From positions 8,186,001-8,250,000 of the forward strand of contig CM075996.1 of assembly GCA_038087875.1 (NCBI GenBank): a DNA stretch of 64,000 bases, read 5' to 3'. Origin of the DNA: Malacoraja senta (Eukaryota). Position numbers and translations under genes: made by a program. This document shows positions 38,963 to 52,353 of this stretch, one piece after another; the stretch's first letter is position 1; the number at the start of each line of letters is the position of its first letter. Under the pieces are notes generated by a model. That model was not told the origin of the DNA. It made no database searches and saw only the letters and a list, made by a program, of their open reading frames with translations.

Positions 38963-40249
38963 CTGCAAAAAGCAAACACACAACAATCAAAAGATTGTTC
39001 TTCGTCATTCATAGACTGTGGAACAGCATCCCTCTCCTCATCAGAACTGCCCCCTCCATCGACTCCTTTAAGTCAAGGCTCAAAACCTATTTCTACTCCC
39101 AAGCGTTTTTGAGGGGGCGCTGTAAACAGTTTATGTATATATTGTTAGATCTGTGTACCATTGTTTGTAGCACATTAGTACCTGCACTGATTAGTACAGC
39201 ATATTAGTACCTGCATTAGTACAGCACTTTGGTCAACGAGAGTTGTTTTTAAATGTGTTATAGAAATAAAATTGATTGATTGATTAATTGATTGATTGAT
39301 CATAAATGATAGGAGCAGAATTAGGCCATTCGGCCCATCAAGTCTACTCCGCCATTCAATCATGGCTGATCTATCTCTCCTAACCCCATTCTCCTGCCTT
39401 CTCCCCATAACCTCTGACACCCGCATTAATCAAGAATTTATATCTCTCTGCCTTAAATATATCCACTGACGGCCTCCACAGCCTTCTGTGGCAAAGAATT
39501 CCACAGATTCACCACCCTCTGAACGAAGAAATTCCTCCTCATCTCCTTCCGAAAAGAACGTCCTTTAATTCTGAGGCTGTGACCTCTGGTCCTAGACTCT
39601 CCCACCAGTGGAAGAGTCCACTAGGTGAAATGAAGCGAGGCGTTCGCTGGCAGCTTGCATGGTCTCTGGCACAGGACCCGACTGAGGACTGCCACCACTG
39701 CCCACTGAACCATGGCGGGCACAGGGGCTGGAAGAGACTGCCATTGGCGCGGCGGTAGGTTAATTTCCCGCTGCAGGTTTCTCCTTCCATGGGGATACAA
39801 GTGTGCGGGGAATACAATGAGATCATTGTAGATGTAGATAGACACAAAGCACTGGAGTAACTCAGCGGCTCGGGCAGCATCTCTGCATAGACCCCAAGCC
39901 ATGGAGTAACTCAGCGTGTCGGGCAGCATCTCTGCAGAGACACAAAGCACTGGAGTAACTCAGCGGGTTGGGCAGCATCTTTGCTGAAAAATGATGGGTG
40001 ACGTTTTCGGTCGGGACTTTTCTTCAGAGAGTAACAGAGAATGTGCTGTAGAGATTAACAGACTTTTCAGTTGTTATTCACAGTGTAACAGGAAGTGTCA
40101 CTGTAAAGAGATGAGGAACATTTTTTAGCGAGAGGAAGTGATACTGGGAATGTGCACACAGGGGTAATAAAACAACATATTCTTACGTGGAACAGAACAG
40201 AACAGAAACTGGGTGTATAGGGTGTTTAAGAAGCATTGGTGATAAACAA

Positions 40250-41905
40250 ACGGCCTGAACAAATCAGGGCCGGCAACAGATGACCAAGGAAGGGTAGAGC
40301 CCACAATGGCCCGTTGTTGGTTGGGGAAGGGGTGATAACTAAAGGATACGAGGATGGGGGCAGTGGAATGAGAAGAATGCGGGTGGGGGAAGGGGAGAGA
40401 ATGCAATAGTTAATTGAAATTGGATAAATTAACATTCATACTGCTGGGGTATAAGCTGCCCAAGTGAAATATAATAATAATAAATAAATAATAAATGTAT
40501 TTATATAGCACATTTTCCAATTGATTTGAATCAAAAGCCAAAGTGCTTTACAGTTAACTAACCATACAAATTATAAAAAGAGATAGAAAAAATGACAACA
40601 CACTATAAGAGATTTTACACAAACACGAACATCCCCCCACAGTAGAATCTACACTCTCCACTGTGAGGGAAGGCACCAAAATGTCCAGTCCTCCTCCTCC
40701 TCCTAGTCCACCCGAGGTCGGGGCCAGTCCAAGGCCACCGCAGCCAGTCGCCGCAACGGCAGCCCGATGTTGTTTGCCCACCCGCATCGGGTGGAAAAGT
40801 CCTCAGCAGCTTGGAATTGTCTGGAGCGGCCGCTCCTTCCCCGGAGACTGCGACGCCCGTGGATTTCAGGCCGCGCCGGTTGGAGCCTCGACTCTGTGGT
40901 GTCTCCGATCCAGTGCCGCCCGCCCACGGCGGGATGCCCTCAAACCGCAGACCGCAGACCGCGGCTGCCCGATGTTGGTGGTCGGCAGCCACAGCACTCC
41001 GGAGCGGCGACCCGACAAGGTATCGACCGCTCCCTGCTGATGTCCCAGCGCTGTGCCGCCGAAGCTGTGGTCCCCAGCAGGAAACGCCGCTCCAGCCCGA
41101 TGGAAGGCCGCATGGGGAGACCGGAGACGCGATTTGGAGGAAAACCGCATCTCCGACCAGGTAGGACTGGGGTTAAAACAGTTCCCCCCCCACATAGAAA
41201 GAATAGACTCCAAAAAATAAATGTTTAGACAATAAAAGAGTTAGAGGACAGACTGCAGGCAGGCGGCCATACAAACGGCGCCCACTCCTGCACATCCGCC
41301 ATATGAGGTGCTATTCCTCCAATTGCATTTGGCCTCTCTCTTATAATGGAGGAGGCCCAGGACAGAAAGGTCAGTGAGGGAATGGGAGGGAGAGTAATAT
41401 TGTCTGGAAACCGGGAGATCAGGTAGGTTTCGGCGACTGAGTGGAGGTGTTCAGCAAAACGATTGCCGAGCCTGCGCTTGGTCTCGCTGATATACAGGAG
41501 TCCACACCTGGAACAGCGGATACAGTAGGTTGGAGGAGGTGCAAGATGAGGTTGGAGGAGGTGCAAGTGAACCTCTGCCTCACCTAAAAGGACTGTCGGA
41601 GTCTTTGAACGGAGTCGAGGTGGGAGGTAAAGGGGGAGGTGTTGCATCTCCTGCGGTTGCAGGGGAAAGTACCCGGGGAGGGAAGGGACGAGTTAACCAG
41701 GGAGTTGCAGTGGGAACGCGGAACGTGTAAAAGGCTGGAGATGGGAAGATGTGACTGGTGGTGGGATCATGTTGGAGGTGGCGGAAATGTCGGAGGATTA
41801 TGTGCTGGATGCGACGGCTGATGGGGTGAAAGGTGAGGACGGGGGGGGGGGGGCTCTGTCCCTGTTGCGACTGAGGGGGGAGGGGGAGCAAGAGCGGAGC
41901 TATTA
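40250..41905 (-). mobile_element. Penelope-like element fragment interrupted by a ~0.8 kb insertion (~40471-41298)
   Basis: VLTFHP, YCIRCSRCGLLYISETKRRLGNRFAEH; the sequence ctgcccaagtgaaatat|gaggtg resumes after the insertion. Confidence 0.8.
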
Positions 41906-42379
41906 GGCACCCATTTACATCTACAGCTGCCTGTTGGTCAGCAAGTGCTCAGTGGGCCGAAGGGCCTGTTTCCACGCCGTGTGACGGTGACCGTGATACT
42001 GCCAGCTCCACAGATCCAGAGCCAGGGCTGAGGATGGAACAGGCTGAAGCCCCGGCAACTGGGGTGACACACACATCCCGCCCCATTACTTCACCCCAAT
42101 CTCCGCAATGTCCACCCTCCTCCTCTCTCTGTCCCTATCTCCCTCTCCCCCCCCTCCTCTCCTCCCTCACATTCTCCTCTCTATCTCCCTCCTCTCTCTC
42201 TCTCTCTCTCTCTCTCTCCTCATCATCTCTCCCTCACTCTCACCCTCCTCCCTCTCCATCTTTCTACCCCTCTCTCAACCCCTCCCCCCATCGCTCTCCC
42301 CCTCTCTTTCTTTCCCCCCCTCCCCTCCCCCCCCTCTCTCCCCACCCTCTCCCCCCCCCCCCTCTCTCTCCCCTCCCCA

Positions 42380-42710
42380 GGCCGCCGCCACTCACTTCTT
42401 CAGCTTGTTAGACACAGCGCGGTATCGGAGCAAGAAATCCGCCTCGGCCGCCATCTTCCCCGCTGCCGCCCCGTGCGCCGCTCATCCCCGTCCGCCCCGG
42501 CGCTGGGGAATGGTTCCGGACCCCGGGCCTGGTCCCGCCCCGTCCCCGCTCCTCTACTCTACTCCCCACAGATGCTGCCCGACCCGCCGAGTTACTCCAG
42601 CATGTGGTGTCGATCTTCGGTGGCAACCAGCGTCTGCAGTTCATTCCTGCACATTTTGCCGGATCCCGGGCGACGGGGGAAAGGTTCCGGCTGCAGCACC
42701 GGCTCAATGA
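42380..42710 (-). promoter_or_regulatory. CpG-rich promoter/5' region of HAP40; YY1-type motif overlapping the ATG
   Basis: High GC and CpG content; GC box (gggcggga on the minus strand near 42535); AAGATGGCGGC at the start codon. Confidence 0.55.
42396..42454 (-). CDS. F8A1: HAP40/F8A coding exon 1
   Basis: aagATGG start in a CpG-rich stretch; MAAEADFLLRYRAVSNKLK|gtgagt resembles human DFLARYRLVSNKLKK. Confidence 0.95.
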
Positions 42711-42715
42711 GGAGG

Positions 42716-43021
42716 CAACGAGAAGTCAATGAAGATTCAACGAGGAGTCAATGAAGATTGAACAAGGAGTCTTTGAAGATTTAATGAGGAGTCAATGAAG
42801 ATTCAACGAGTCAATGAAGATTCAACGAAGAGTCAATGAAGATTGAACAAGGAGTCATTGAAGATTTAATGAGGAGTCAATGAAGATTCAATGAGTCAAT
42901 GAAGATTCAATGAGTCAATGAAGATTCAACGAAGAGTCAATGAAGATTCAACGAGGAGTCAATGAAGATTCAACAAGAGTCAATGAAGATTCAACGAGGA
43001 GTCAATGAAGATTCAACGAGG
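42716..43021. repeat. 19-23-bp minisatellite (GAGTCAATGAAGATTCAACGAG)n
   Basis: About 14 units with no spacers, just upstream of HAP40 exon 1. Confidence 0.95.
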
Positions 43022-45911
43022 GAGGGGTTTGATTTGTTCCTCTTTGGTGGCTCAGGGTATTGGAGCCTCAGTTAACATAACTAACTAACTTAGTGGCGGG
43101 CAGGTGGGTGTTGTGTTGTGGAGGGGGTGTTTGGGGGGGGGGGTGTTTGGGGGGGTAGTGGAGGATAGAGCAAGCAATCCCCAACACTGTCCCCATCTCA
43201 AAGACAGACACAAAAAGCTGGAGTAACTCAGCGGGACAGGCAGCATCTCGAGAGAAGGAATGGGTGACGTTTCTGGTTGAGAACCTTCCTCGGGCATCTC
43301 ACTGTGATGGCTCCATGGACCTCTCTTCATAGTTGTAGTTCACAGACATGAGCTCAATGATACGTTATTGTCACATGTGAAATGTTTTGTTTTGCAGACA
43401 ACTCGGTAAAATCATGTCGCCTACCTCACCTAGGCAGTACACAAGTTTGACTCCGACAGTTACAAAAGTTCATCGAACAGTCCTATCTACTGCTTGTCGC
43501 CGCACGTGTTGCCACAACAGGCCTCACCCTTCCCCCCCTTCGTTCTTGTCGACACCCCCACCGGGTCCCCCCCCCCCCCCCATTTACTCGCTGGTGTTTA
43601 GAAGGTTGAGGGGGGGCCTCATTGAAACTTACAGAATAATGAAAGGCATAGATAGAGTGGATGTGGAGAGGATGTTTCCACTGGTGGGAGAGTCTAGGAC
43701 CAGAGGTCATGGCCTCAGAATTAAACGCCGCTCTTTTAGAAAGGAGGTGAGGAGGAACTTCTTTAGTCGGAGGGTAGTTAATCTGTGGAACTCATTGCTG
43801 TGGAGGCCGTCAGTGGATATTTTTAAGGCAGAGACAGACAAATTCTTGATTAGAACGGGTGTCAAGGGTTCTGGGGAAAAGGCAGGAAAATGGGATTAGG
43901 AGGCAGAAATCAGACATGATAATATGGCGGACTAGACACGATGGGCCGAATGGCTTAATTCTACTGTAACTTGTGACCTGTTCTATCTACCTGGTGTGAT
44001 GGAAGGGCCTCGCCCTGTGTCCCGCAGGAATGAGTAGGTTAACATATGATGAGTGTTTGACAGCACTGGGCCTGTACTCGCTGGAGTTTAGAAGAATGAG
44101 GGGGGAACCTCATTGAAACGTACAGAATAGTGAAAGGTTTGGATAGAGTGGATGTGGAGAGGATGTTTCCACTGGTGGGAGAGCCTAAGGTCACAGCCTC
44201 AGAATTAAAGGACGTTCCTTTAGGAAGTAGATGAGGATGAATTTCTTTAGTCAGAGGGTGGTGAATCTGTGGAATTCTTTGCCACAGAAGGATGTGGAAG
44301 GCAAGTCAGTGGATATTTTTAAGGCAGAGATAGATAGATTCTTGTTTAGTACAGGTGTCAGAGATTATGGGGAGAAGGCAGGAGAAGGGTTAGGAGAGAG
44401 AGATAGATCAGCCATGATTGAATGACGGAGTAGTCTTGATGGGCCGAATGGCCTAATTCTACTCCTATTCCATATGACCTAATTCTGACGGACATTGGCA
44501 TGCTCTCTGCCCTTGGTGGAAACCTTCCTGCAGAGACACAGCTTTGACCACAGTTCCATCAGGCGGAGGTCAGCAAGCAAACTCCTGTAGACGTGCGGGA
44601 GAAGGGCATGATGTTTCCTCTGGGGTGGTTCCCAGAGCAGACTGTCCAAATCATCTGCAGAATCCTTTGGTTTGGTTTACTTTAAGAGATACAGCGCTGA
44701 AACAGGCCCTTCAGCCCTCCAAACCCACGCCGACCAGCGTTCACCCCGTACACTAACACTGTCCTACACACTAGGGGCAATTTAGGGGTGATCGTTAGTC
44801 GGCGTGGACTCGATGGGCCGAAGGGCCTGTTTCAGCACTATCTCTAATGTCTAAAAATGCTAAATTGTGGATGAGCTTTAAATCAAAATCTCTCTTCGTG
44901 GATATAAAGAAACTCCTCATACAGGTTTGTAGGTTAATGAGCTAGGTATAAATGTAAAATTGGGCCCAGTGCGTGTAGGGTAGTGTTAGTGTGCAGGGAT
45001 TGCTAGTCTGTGTGGGCCGAAGGGCCTGTTTCCACGCTGCATCTCTAAAACTTCAACTAAAACTCTCTGAACCAGTTTGGCCGCTGGTTGGTCCGGGATC
45101 TTGCTGTGTGCTACCGGCTGCCTTCTTTGCCTCCCTGCCACAGTAGCTGCGGCTGATCGGCATGCGGGGGAGAATGCTGAGGCTGCGATGGGCAGCCATG
45201 CAGGGCCGCAGGTTGCACTGCGCAGGAGGGGCGAGGACACCTGCTGGTAGAGTGGGGAATGGCGGTACAGCTTGCTGTTCAAAGTTTTCGTTTAGTTTAG
45301 AGACACAGCACGGAAACAGGCCCTTCGGCCCACACTGACGTCGACCCCCGCACATCAACACTACCCCACACACACACTAGAGACAATTTTACATTTATAC
45401 CAAGCCAATTAACCTACAAACCTGTAGGTCTTTGGAGTGTGGCAGCAAAGGGGAGAGTGTACAGCGGGGAGAACATACAAACTCTGTACAGACAGCACCC
45501 GTAGTCAGGATCGAACCCGGGTCTCTGGCCCTGTAATGCAGCAACTTTACAGCTGTGCCACCTTGCACTCTGGGAGTGTCCGGCAGGGAATGTGCTGTCA
45601 GATCAGTACAGTAAACCCTCATTACACTGGACCATCGGGTGGGGGATGGTGTCCATTATTACCAATTGCCCGCTGTAGGGAGGTTGCACGGCCGTCGAGG
45701 TCACGGCCCGTGACCCGTACTGTTGCCACGCAACGCCTTCTGGACTACAGGCGGTGAACGTCGGGTAAGCACTTACTGTGGCTGCACGCAGACTGGTTCC
45801 ACACTCGCGGCCGTCTGTCCCCCCGTGTGGGGGTCTGGGGGAGGGGGGGGGTGGTGAATCATCCGGTGCGTGGATCGGGGGGGGGGGTGAATCACCCCGT
45901 GTGGTGGTGGG

Positions 45912-48900
45912 TGTTATGAGATGTGTAATGTGCCTTTAACGACTTAATAAAGTCCACGCATGCGCGGGGGCTCCAGGCATGTGTAGGAGCTTTACTTACT
46001 GGAAAAACTTGTCCTTGAACATGGTGGCAGTGGCGGTGCCTTAAGGGCCTGTCCCACTTGGCCGTCATTTGTGCGCCATTTACGCGACCTCCAAAAATGT
46101 GGCCGTGGCGTTGTGACGCACGGGTAGCGGGTGGGTAGCGCGGGACGGGCGCTGGAGAGGCGTGGAGTTGCACGCGGTATCGTGCGGCGCTCTAGGATTT
46201 CGTGCTGCACGAAATCCTCGCGCACCACCTGCGTGACGTATCAGGTAAGCACGCTGACGCATTGGCGTCGCACGCTGGCGACCCGACGTCTCACGTGTAT
46301 CGTGTGGTGATGCATGATTACGTCACCGTGCGTAACCATGCGTCGCCGCGCGCCGCAGGGTATTCTAATGACGTCACGCGCACAGACGGCATGATGACGC
46401 GTGATTTGCGCGCACAGATATTTACACGGCGTAGACCACACCCTAGCCCTATGTCACAAGAAGCTCATGATGTGGAATAAGACGACAATGGACGCGGAAG
46501 GAGTTTGCCGGGTTAAGCTGCTCAACCCCAAGACAAACTGCAAATATTCTGTGGAGTTGATTGTGGTCAGTGATGGCTTCACACCGCTGCTAGGAAGCAA
46601 AGCTAGTCAGCGAATGAATTTGATCACTGTAAATGACGACAGCTTTCACCGTGTACACATGTCGACGGTCGTAAAAGAGAAAGCGGGGAAGACTGAAGAA
46701 CGCTATGTAGAGGTGTTCGACGGTAAACTAGGAGAGCTGCTGCCTGGTGAAGCACACCTGCAGATTGACGAGGAAGTACAACCCACAGTCTTACCGCCAC
46801 GATGTTTACCTCATGCGATAAAGCAGAAGGTGAAGACGGAAGTAGAGCGCATGGTAGAGCGTCACGTGATCGCACCAGTTCACGAGCCGACGAGTTGCGT
46901 CAGCCAGCACGTGGTCGCGGAGATAAACAATGGCGATCTCCGGGTGTGCATCGATCCACGACCGCTAATATAAAGCAGAATATAAAGGAGGATAGTAAAA
47001 GCTTCTTTCGGTATGTGAAGAGGAAAAAATCAGTCAAGACCAAAGTTGGACCCTTGAAGACCGAAAAAGGTGAATTTATTATGGGGAACAAGGAAATGGC
47101 AGATGAGTTGAACAGGTACTTTGGATCTGTCTTCACTAAGGAGGACACAAACAATCTTCCTGATATAGTAGTGGCCAGAGGATCTGGGTTGACGGAGGAA
47201 CTGAAGGAAATCCACATTAGGCAGGAAATGGTGTTGGATAGACTGATGGGACTGAAGGCTCATAAATCCCCAGGGCCTGATGGTCTGCATCCCAGGGTAC
47301 TTAAGGAAGTGGCTCTAGAAATTGTGGATGCATTGGTGATAATTTTCCAATGTTCTATAGACTCAGGATCAGTTCCTGTGGATTGGAGGGTAGCTAATGT
47401 TATCCCACTTTTTAAGAAAGGCGGGAGAGAGAAAAAGGGGAATTATAGACCAATTAGCCTGACATCGGTGGTGGGGAAGATGCTGGAGTCAATTATAAAA
47501 GATGAGATAGCCGAACATTTGGATAGCAGTAACAGGATCGGTCTGAATCAGCATGGATTTACGAAGGGGAAATCATGCTTGACTAATCTTCTGGAATTTT
47601 TTGAAGATGTAACTAGGAAAATGGACAAGGGACAGCCAGTGGATGTAGTGTTCCTGGACTTTCAGAAAGCATTTGATAAGGTCCCACATAGGAGAATAGT
47701 GGGCAAAATTAGGGCACATGGTATTGGGGGTAGAGTGCTGACATGGATAGAGAAGTGGTTGGCAGACAGGAAACAAAGAGTAGGGATTAACGGGTCCCTT
47801 TCAGAATGGCAGGCTGTGACTAGTGGAGTACCGCAAGGCTCGGTGCTGGGACTGCAGCTATTTACAATATACATCAATGATTTGAATGAAGGGATTCAAA
47901 GTAACATTAGCAAATTTGCAGATGACACCAAGCTGGGTGACAGTGTGAGCTGTGAGGAGGATGCTATGAATATGCAGGGTGACTTGGACAGGTTGGGGGA
48001 GTGGGCAGATGCATGGCAGATGAAGTTTAATGCGGATAAATGTGAGGTTATCCACTTTGGTAGCAAAAACAGGAAGGCAGATTACTATCTAAATGGCGTC
48101 AAGTTGGGAAAAGGGGAAGTACAACAGGATCTGGGGGTCCTTGTACATCAGTCTATGAAAGTAAGCATGCTGGTACAGCAGGCAGTGAAGAAAGTGAATG
48201 GCATGTTGGCCTTTATAACAAGAGGAATCGAATATGGGAGCAAAGAGGTCCTTCTGCAGTTGTACAGAGCCCTAGTGAGACCACACCTGGAGTATTGTGT
48301 GCAGTTTTGGTCCCCTAATTTGAGGAAGGACATTCTTGCAATTGGGGTGCAGCGTAGGTTTACAAGGTTAATTCCCGGATTGGCGGGACTGTCATATGCT
48401 GAGAGAATGGAGCAGCTGGGCTTGTACACTCTGGAGTTTAGAAGGATGAGAGGTTATCTCATTGAAACATATAAGATTGTTAGAGGCAGGAAACATGTTC
48501 CCGATGGAGTCCAGAACCAGGGGCCACGGTTTAAGAATAAGGAGTAAGCCATTTAGAACGGAGACGAGGAAACACTTTTTCTCACAGAGAGTGGTGAGTC
48601 TGTGGAATTCTCTGCCTCAGAGGGCGGTGGAGGCAGGTTCTCTGGATACTTTCAAGAGAGAGCTAGATAGGGCTCTTAAAGATAGCGGAGTCATGGGATA
48701 TGGGGAGAAGGCAGGAACGGGGTACTGATTGGGGATGATCAGCCATGATTACATTGAATGGCAGTGCTGGCTCGAAGGCCGAATGGCCTACTCCTGCATC
48801 TATTGTCTACTGTCTATCATCTAAACAAAGCGCTGAAGCTAGAACCATTCAATCAATCAATGAGTTTTATTCATCACAGGGGCGCCGGGGAGATGGCAGC

Positions 48901-51900
48901 CCTGCCGGCAGTCTGTTCGTTTTTCATCTTTTTGTTATTTTTAGCGTCTGTTAAGAGTTTGTTTTAATGTTCTTCGGTTTGTTTTATGTGGGGGGAGGGG
49001 GGGAAGGGGGGAGGGGATCGGGGGAAACTTTTTTTCAGGTTCTTACCTTCCCGGAGATGTGATCAATTTTCGGATTCTCCGGGCTCAGCGGCCTTCCATC
49101 GATGGAGTTGGAAGCCGCCTCGGACTGTCGTGAGCCCCACCGCTGGGCGCGGACTTAACATCGGAGCTGATCCCTTGCCTGGGATCGCTCCCACCGCGGC
49201 CTGCGGACTTACCATCAAGGTCTCGCAGTCTCGGGAGAGGCTAGTCGGGAGCTCCAACGCCGTGGAAGGCTCGACCAGCCCCGACGTGAGGTTTGATCGC
49301 CCGGCGCGGGGGAGCTGGCATTCCCCCGATGCGGTAGCTGAACGCCTTGACGCGGAGGGCCCGAACGCCGCCGGCTATGGGAGTCAAGACCGTCCCGTCA
49401 ACGGGGGCTCGAGGCCCCTGACCGAGGAAGAACAAAAGGAAGAGACTTGAACTTTATTTCGCCTTCCATCACAGTGAGGAATGTGTAGGAGTCACTGTGG
49501 TGGATGTTCATGTTAACATGTGTTTTTGAGTGATCTGTTACTTTCAATTGTATGACTGACCTGGCCAATGAAATTCCTCGTATGTTGCAAAACATACTTG
49601 GCGAATAAAATCTGATTCTGATTCTGATTCTGGCATACACAATAAAGTGCAGTGAAATAAACTTGCCAGCAGCTGTACAATCAAAAAAGAACACACAAAC
49701 ACAATAAAATTTATAGGAGCTGATGATTCAGTGTGATGCCAGCAACAAGGGACTGGGGGCAGCCTTGCTCCAAAAGGGACGTCCCATCGCGTATGCGAAC
49801 TGAGCAATAACCGACACTGAATCGCCATATGCCTCGATTGAGAAGGAGATGCTCGCTGTGGTATTTGCAATGGAGCGTTTCCATCAGTATACATTTGGTC
49901 GTTTCACCAGCGTGATCAGCGATCACAAGCCGCTGGAAATGATAGCGAAGAAGCCGCTAGTGAAACCGCTGAAGCGTCTTCAAGGAATGCTACTCCCCAT
50001 ACAGAGCTATGATTTCGACATCAGCTACTGTCAGGGGAAGCTCATGTACTCTGCGGATACACTGTCGCATGCAGTTAGCGGTACTCCCAGCAGAGAGCAA
50101 GAATTCGAGGAGGTCAACATGGTATCACACTTGCCAATTCGAGATGAGCGTCTCGAGCAAATTCACAATGAAACAGCGAAAGAAGACACACTACAGATGT
50201 GGTAATGTGTCATCATCAGTGGTTGTCCCAGTGAACGAGATAGGCTACCAGAGCAGCTCCCGCCTTATTACAGCTATAGGGATGAGCTCGCGGTCCAAGA
50301 TGGTTTGATCTTCAAGGGCGAGCGCGTGATCATACCGATAAGCTTAAGAAGAGACACTCTTCACATCTAGGCATTGAAGGCTGTCTGTGATGAGCACACG
50401 GTGCCTATTCTGGCCTGGCATGAGTAGCGACATCAAGCAGTATATTGCTACATGTTTAAGAAGGAACTGCAGATGCTGGAAAATCGAAGGTAGACAGAAA
50501 TGCTGGAGGAACTCAGCGGGTGCAGCAGCATCCATGGAGCGAAGGAAATAGGCAACGTTTCGGGCCGAAACCTTTCTCAGACTTCCTCAGACATATTGCT
50601 CCATGTGATGTGTGCTGGACCTATGAGGTGAGCCAGCAAAAAGAGACACTCATGAGTCATGAGCTACCGACAAGGCCATGGGAGAAAGTCGGCACAGATC
50701 TCTTTCCATTGGACGGGAAAGATTATCTCGTCACCGTAGACTACCATAGCAACTTTGTCGAAGTAGACCGGCTGAGAGACACGAGCAGTCCAACCGTGAT
50801 TCGCAAGTTGAAAGCTCATTTCGCGAGATACGGCAGCCCGACACAAGTTGTGAGCGATAACGGGCCGCAGTACACATCGGTCGCATTTCGCCAGTTCGCG
50901 AGGGAATGGGATTTTGAGCACCTGTGCAGCAGTCCCGGTAATTGCAAAGCGAACGGGAACGCAGCCGTCAAAACAGCGAAGCGGATCATGACAAAGAGCA
51001 GCAAATCACGATCCGACCCCTGACCTAGCAATGTTGGATCATCGTAACACGCCTTCGCAAGGGCTGAGCACGTCCCGCTCAGCGCCTCATGAATCGTCGC
51101 ATGCGAACACTTCTGCCGACGACAGCGAGACTACTTGAACCCAGAGTTGTGTACGAGCATGAACGCATGAAGCAGCACGTTCAGCAGCAAGCTGACAATT
51201 ACAATGAGTCAGCTAAAGACCTTTCCACAATTCATGAGGGCGACACAGTGCGAATGCAACCTCTCGTACAAGGAAAGAAGAGTTGGGAGAAAGCCATCGT
51301 TTCTCGCCAGCTTGACGAGTGTTCATATGTGGTTCAGAGCCCATCTGGCATTTACCGTGCCAATTGCGTACATCTCCGCAAGACCCGCGAAAATCCACAC
51401 GACGAACTGGTCGCACGTCAACACGCGAAGCACGGCCAGACCATCAAAGACCAGGGCGAATCTACTACACCGACCGCAACTAACACGACACAGGCGTTGA
51501 AACAGCAGCCAGCGCCTACTGACAAGCAAACAGCTACTGAGCGAACTGACAAAAACAAGGACATTGACATAAACAAAACAGTGAGAACTCACTCAGGTCG
51601 AGCTGTGAGACCGCCTAAGTATTTTGGAGACTATGTGACCCATTGATTTAGTTCTTATCACCCTGTTTGTCTGTATGGGGTTGCAATTATGTTAAAACAA
51701 GTTTATGTAAATAAGATAATGAGAAGGACAAATGCTCACTTGACAAATAATGCCAAGTGAGCATACATTGTACATCTGTACGTTTTTCTCTTTTGGGAAA
51801 AGGGGGGGGTGTTATGATTTGTGTAATGTGCCTTTAACGACTTAATAAAGTCCACGCATGCGCAGGGGTTCCAGGCATGTGCAGGAGTTTTACTTACTGC

Positions 51901-51919
51901 AAAAGCTTGTCGTAGAACA
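45912..51919 (+). mobile_element. Decayed Ty3/Gypsy LTR retrotransposon with nested insertions
   Basis: 110-bp LTRs (TGTT...AACA) at 45912-46021 and 51810-51919; TSD GTGGG; PBS TGGTGGCAGTGG; polypurine tract before the 3' LTR; pol remnants LRVCIDPRPL, EKEMLAVVFA..SDHKPLE, WEKVGTDLF..VSDNGPQY. Confidence 0.93.
46969..48815 (+). mobile_element. CR1/HER1-type LINE, 5'-truncated, inserted in Gypsy pol
   Basis: SPGPDGLHPRVLKE, NYRPISLTS, DFQKAFDKV, PQGSVLG, KFADDTK, RPHLEYCVQFWSP; 3'UTR shared with other CR1 copies in the window. Confidence 0.93.
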
Positions 51920-52353
51920 GTGGGGGTCGGGGGGCGGGGGTGACTCACCCCATGTGTGGGTCAGAGTCCGGGGGGGGGGTGAATCGCCCCGTGTGGGGGT
52001 CGGGTGCCGGGGCCGGTGCAGAGTCACAGTCTGTGACTGGGTGGGCGGAGGGACCAGACTGTCCCCAACTCTGCTGCAGCTGACGGGGACGTTGCCGGGT
52101 TTTCGTCCCCATGTGTCCGCTGCCCGGAGCCGCGGCCCCGTGTGTGTGTGTGCGATTTTCTCTCACGGTTACCCCTATTTCCACAATTTTTTACTGTGCA
52201 AAAATTGTCCATTTTGGTGTTTTTTTAACAGATAAGAACATACGCGTTTCATGTGTTACTAGTGTATCCCGGAAGGTGCCTTGTACTCCAGAAGGATTGA
52301 GGTACTCCGTGCGTCACGCCCTTTGACCTTACGTGCTCCCACTCAGTAAGGTG

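Noticed and set aside
42034..42411. Pro/Ser-rich ORFs (also 59261-59861)
   Set aside because: Low-complexity C/T or G/A intronic tracts; only the embedded 72-bp exon 59522-59593 is supported.
42716..43021. CRISPR-like regular repeat
   Set aside because: Units are contiguous with no unique spacers, there are no cas genes, and the context is vertebrate; it is a minisatellite. The same applies to 26151-26600.
45119..45242. Minus-strand exon resembling a mitochondrial targeting peptide
   Set aside because: No partner exons; the plus strand looks like a decayed Tx1-type LINE (HLLVE motif) in line with the fragment at 44490-44665.
46802..48547. 581-aa ORF as a host gene
   Set aside because: It is a chance fusion of an off-frame Gypsy stretch with CR1 reverse transcriptase.
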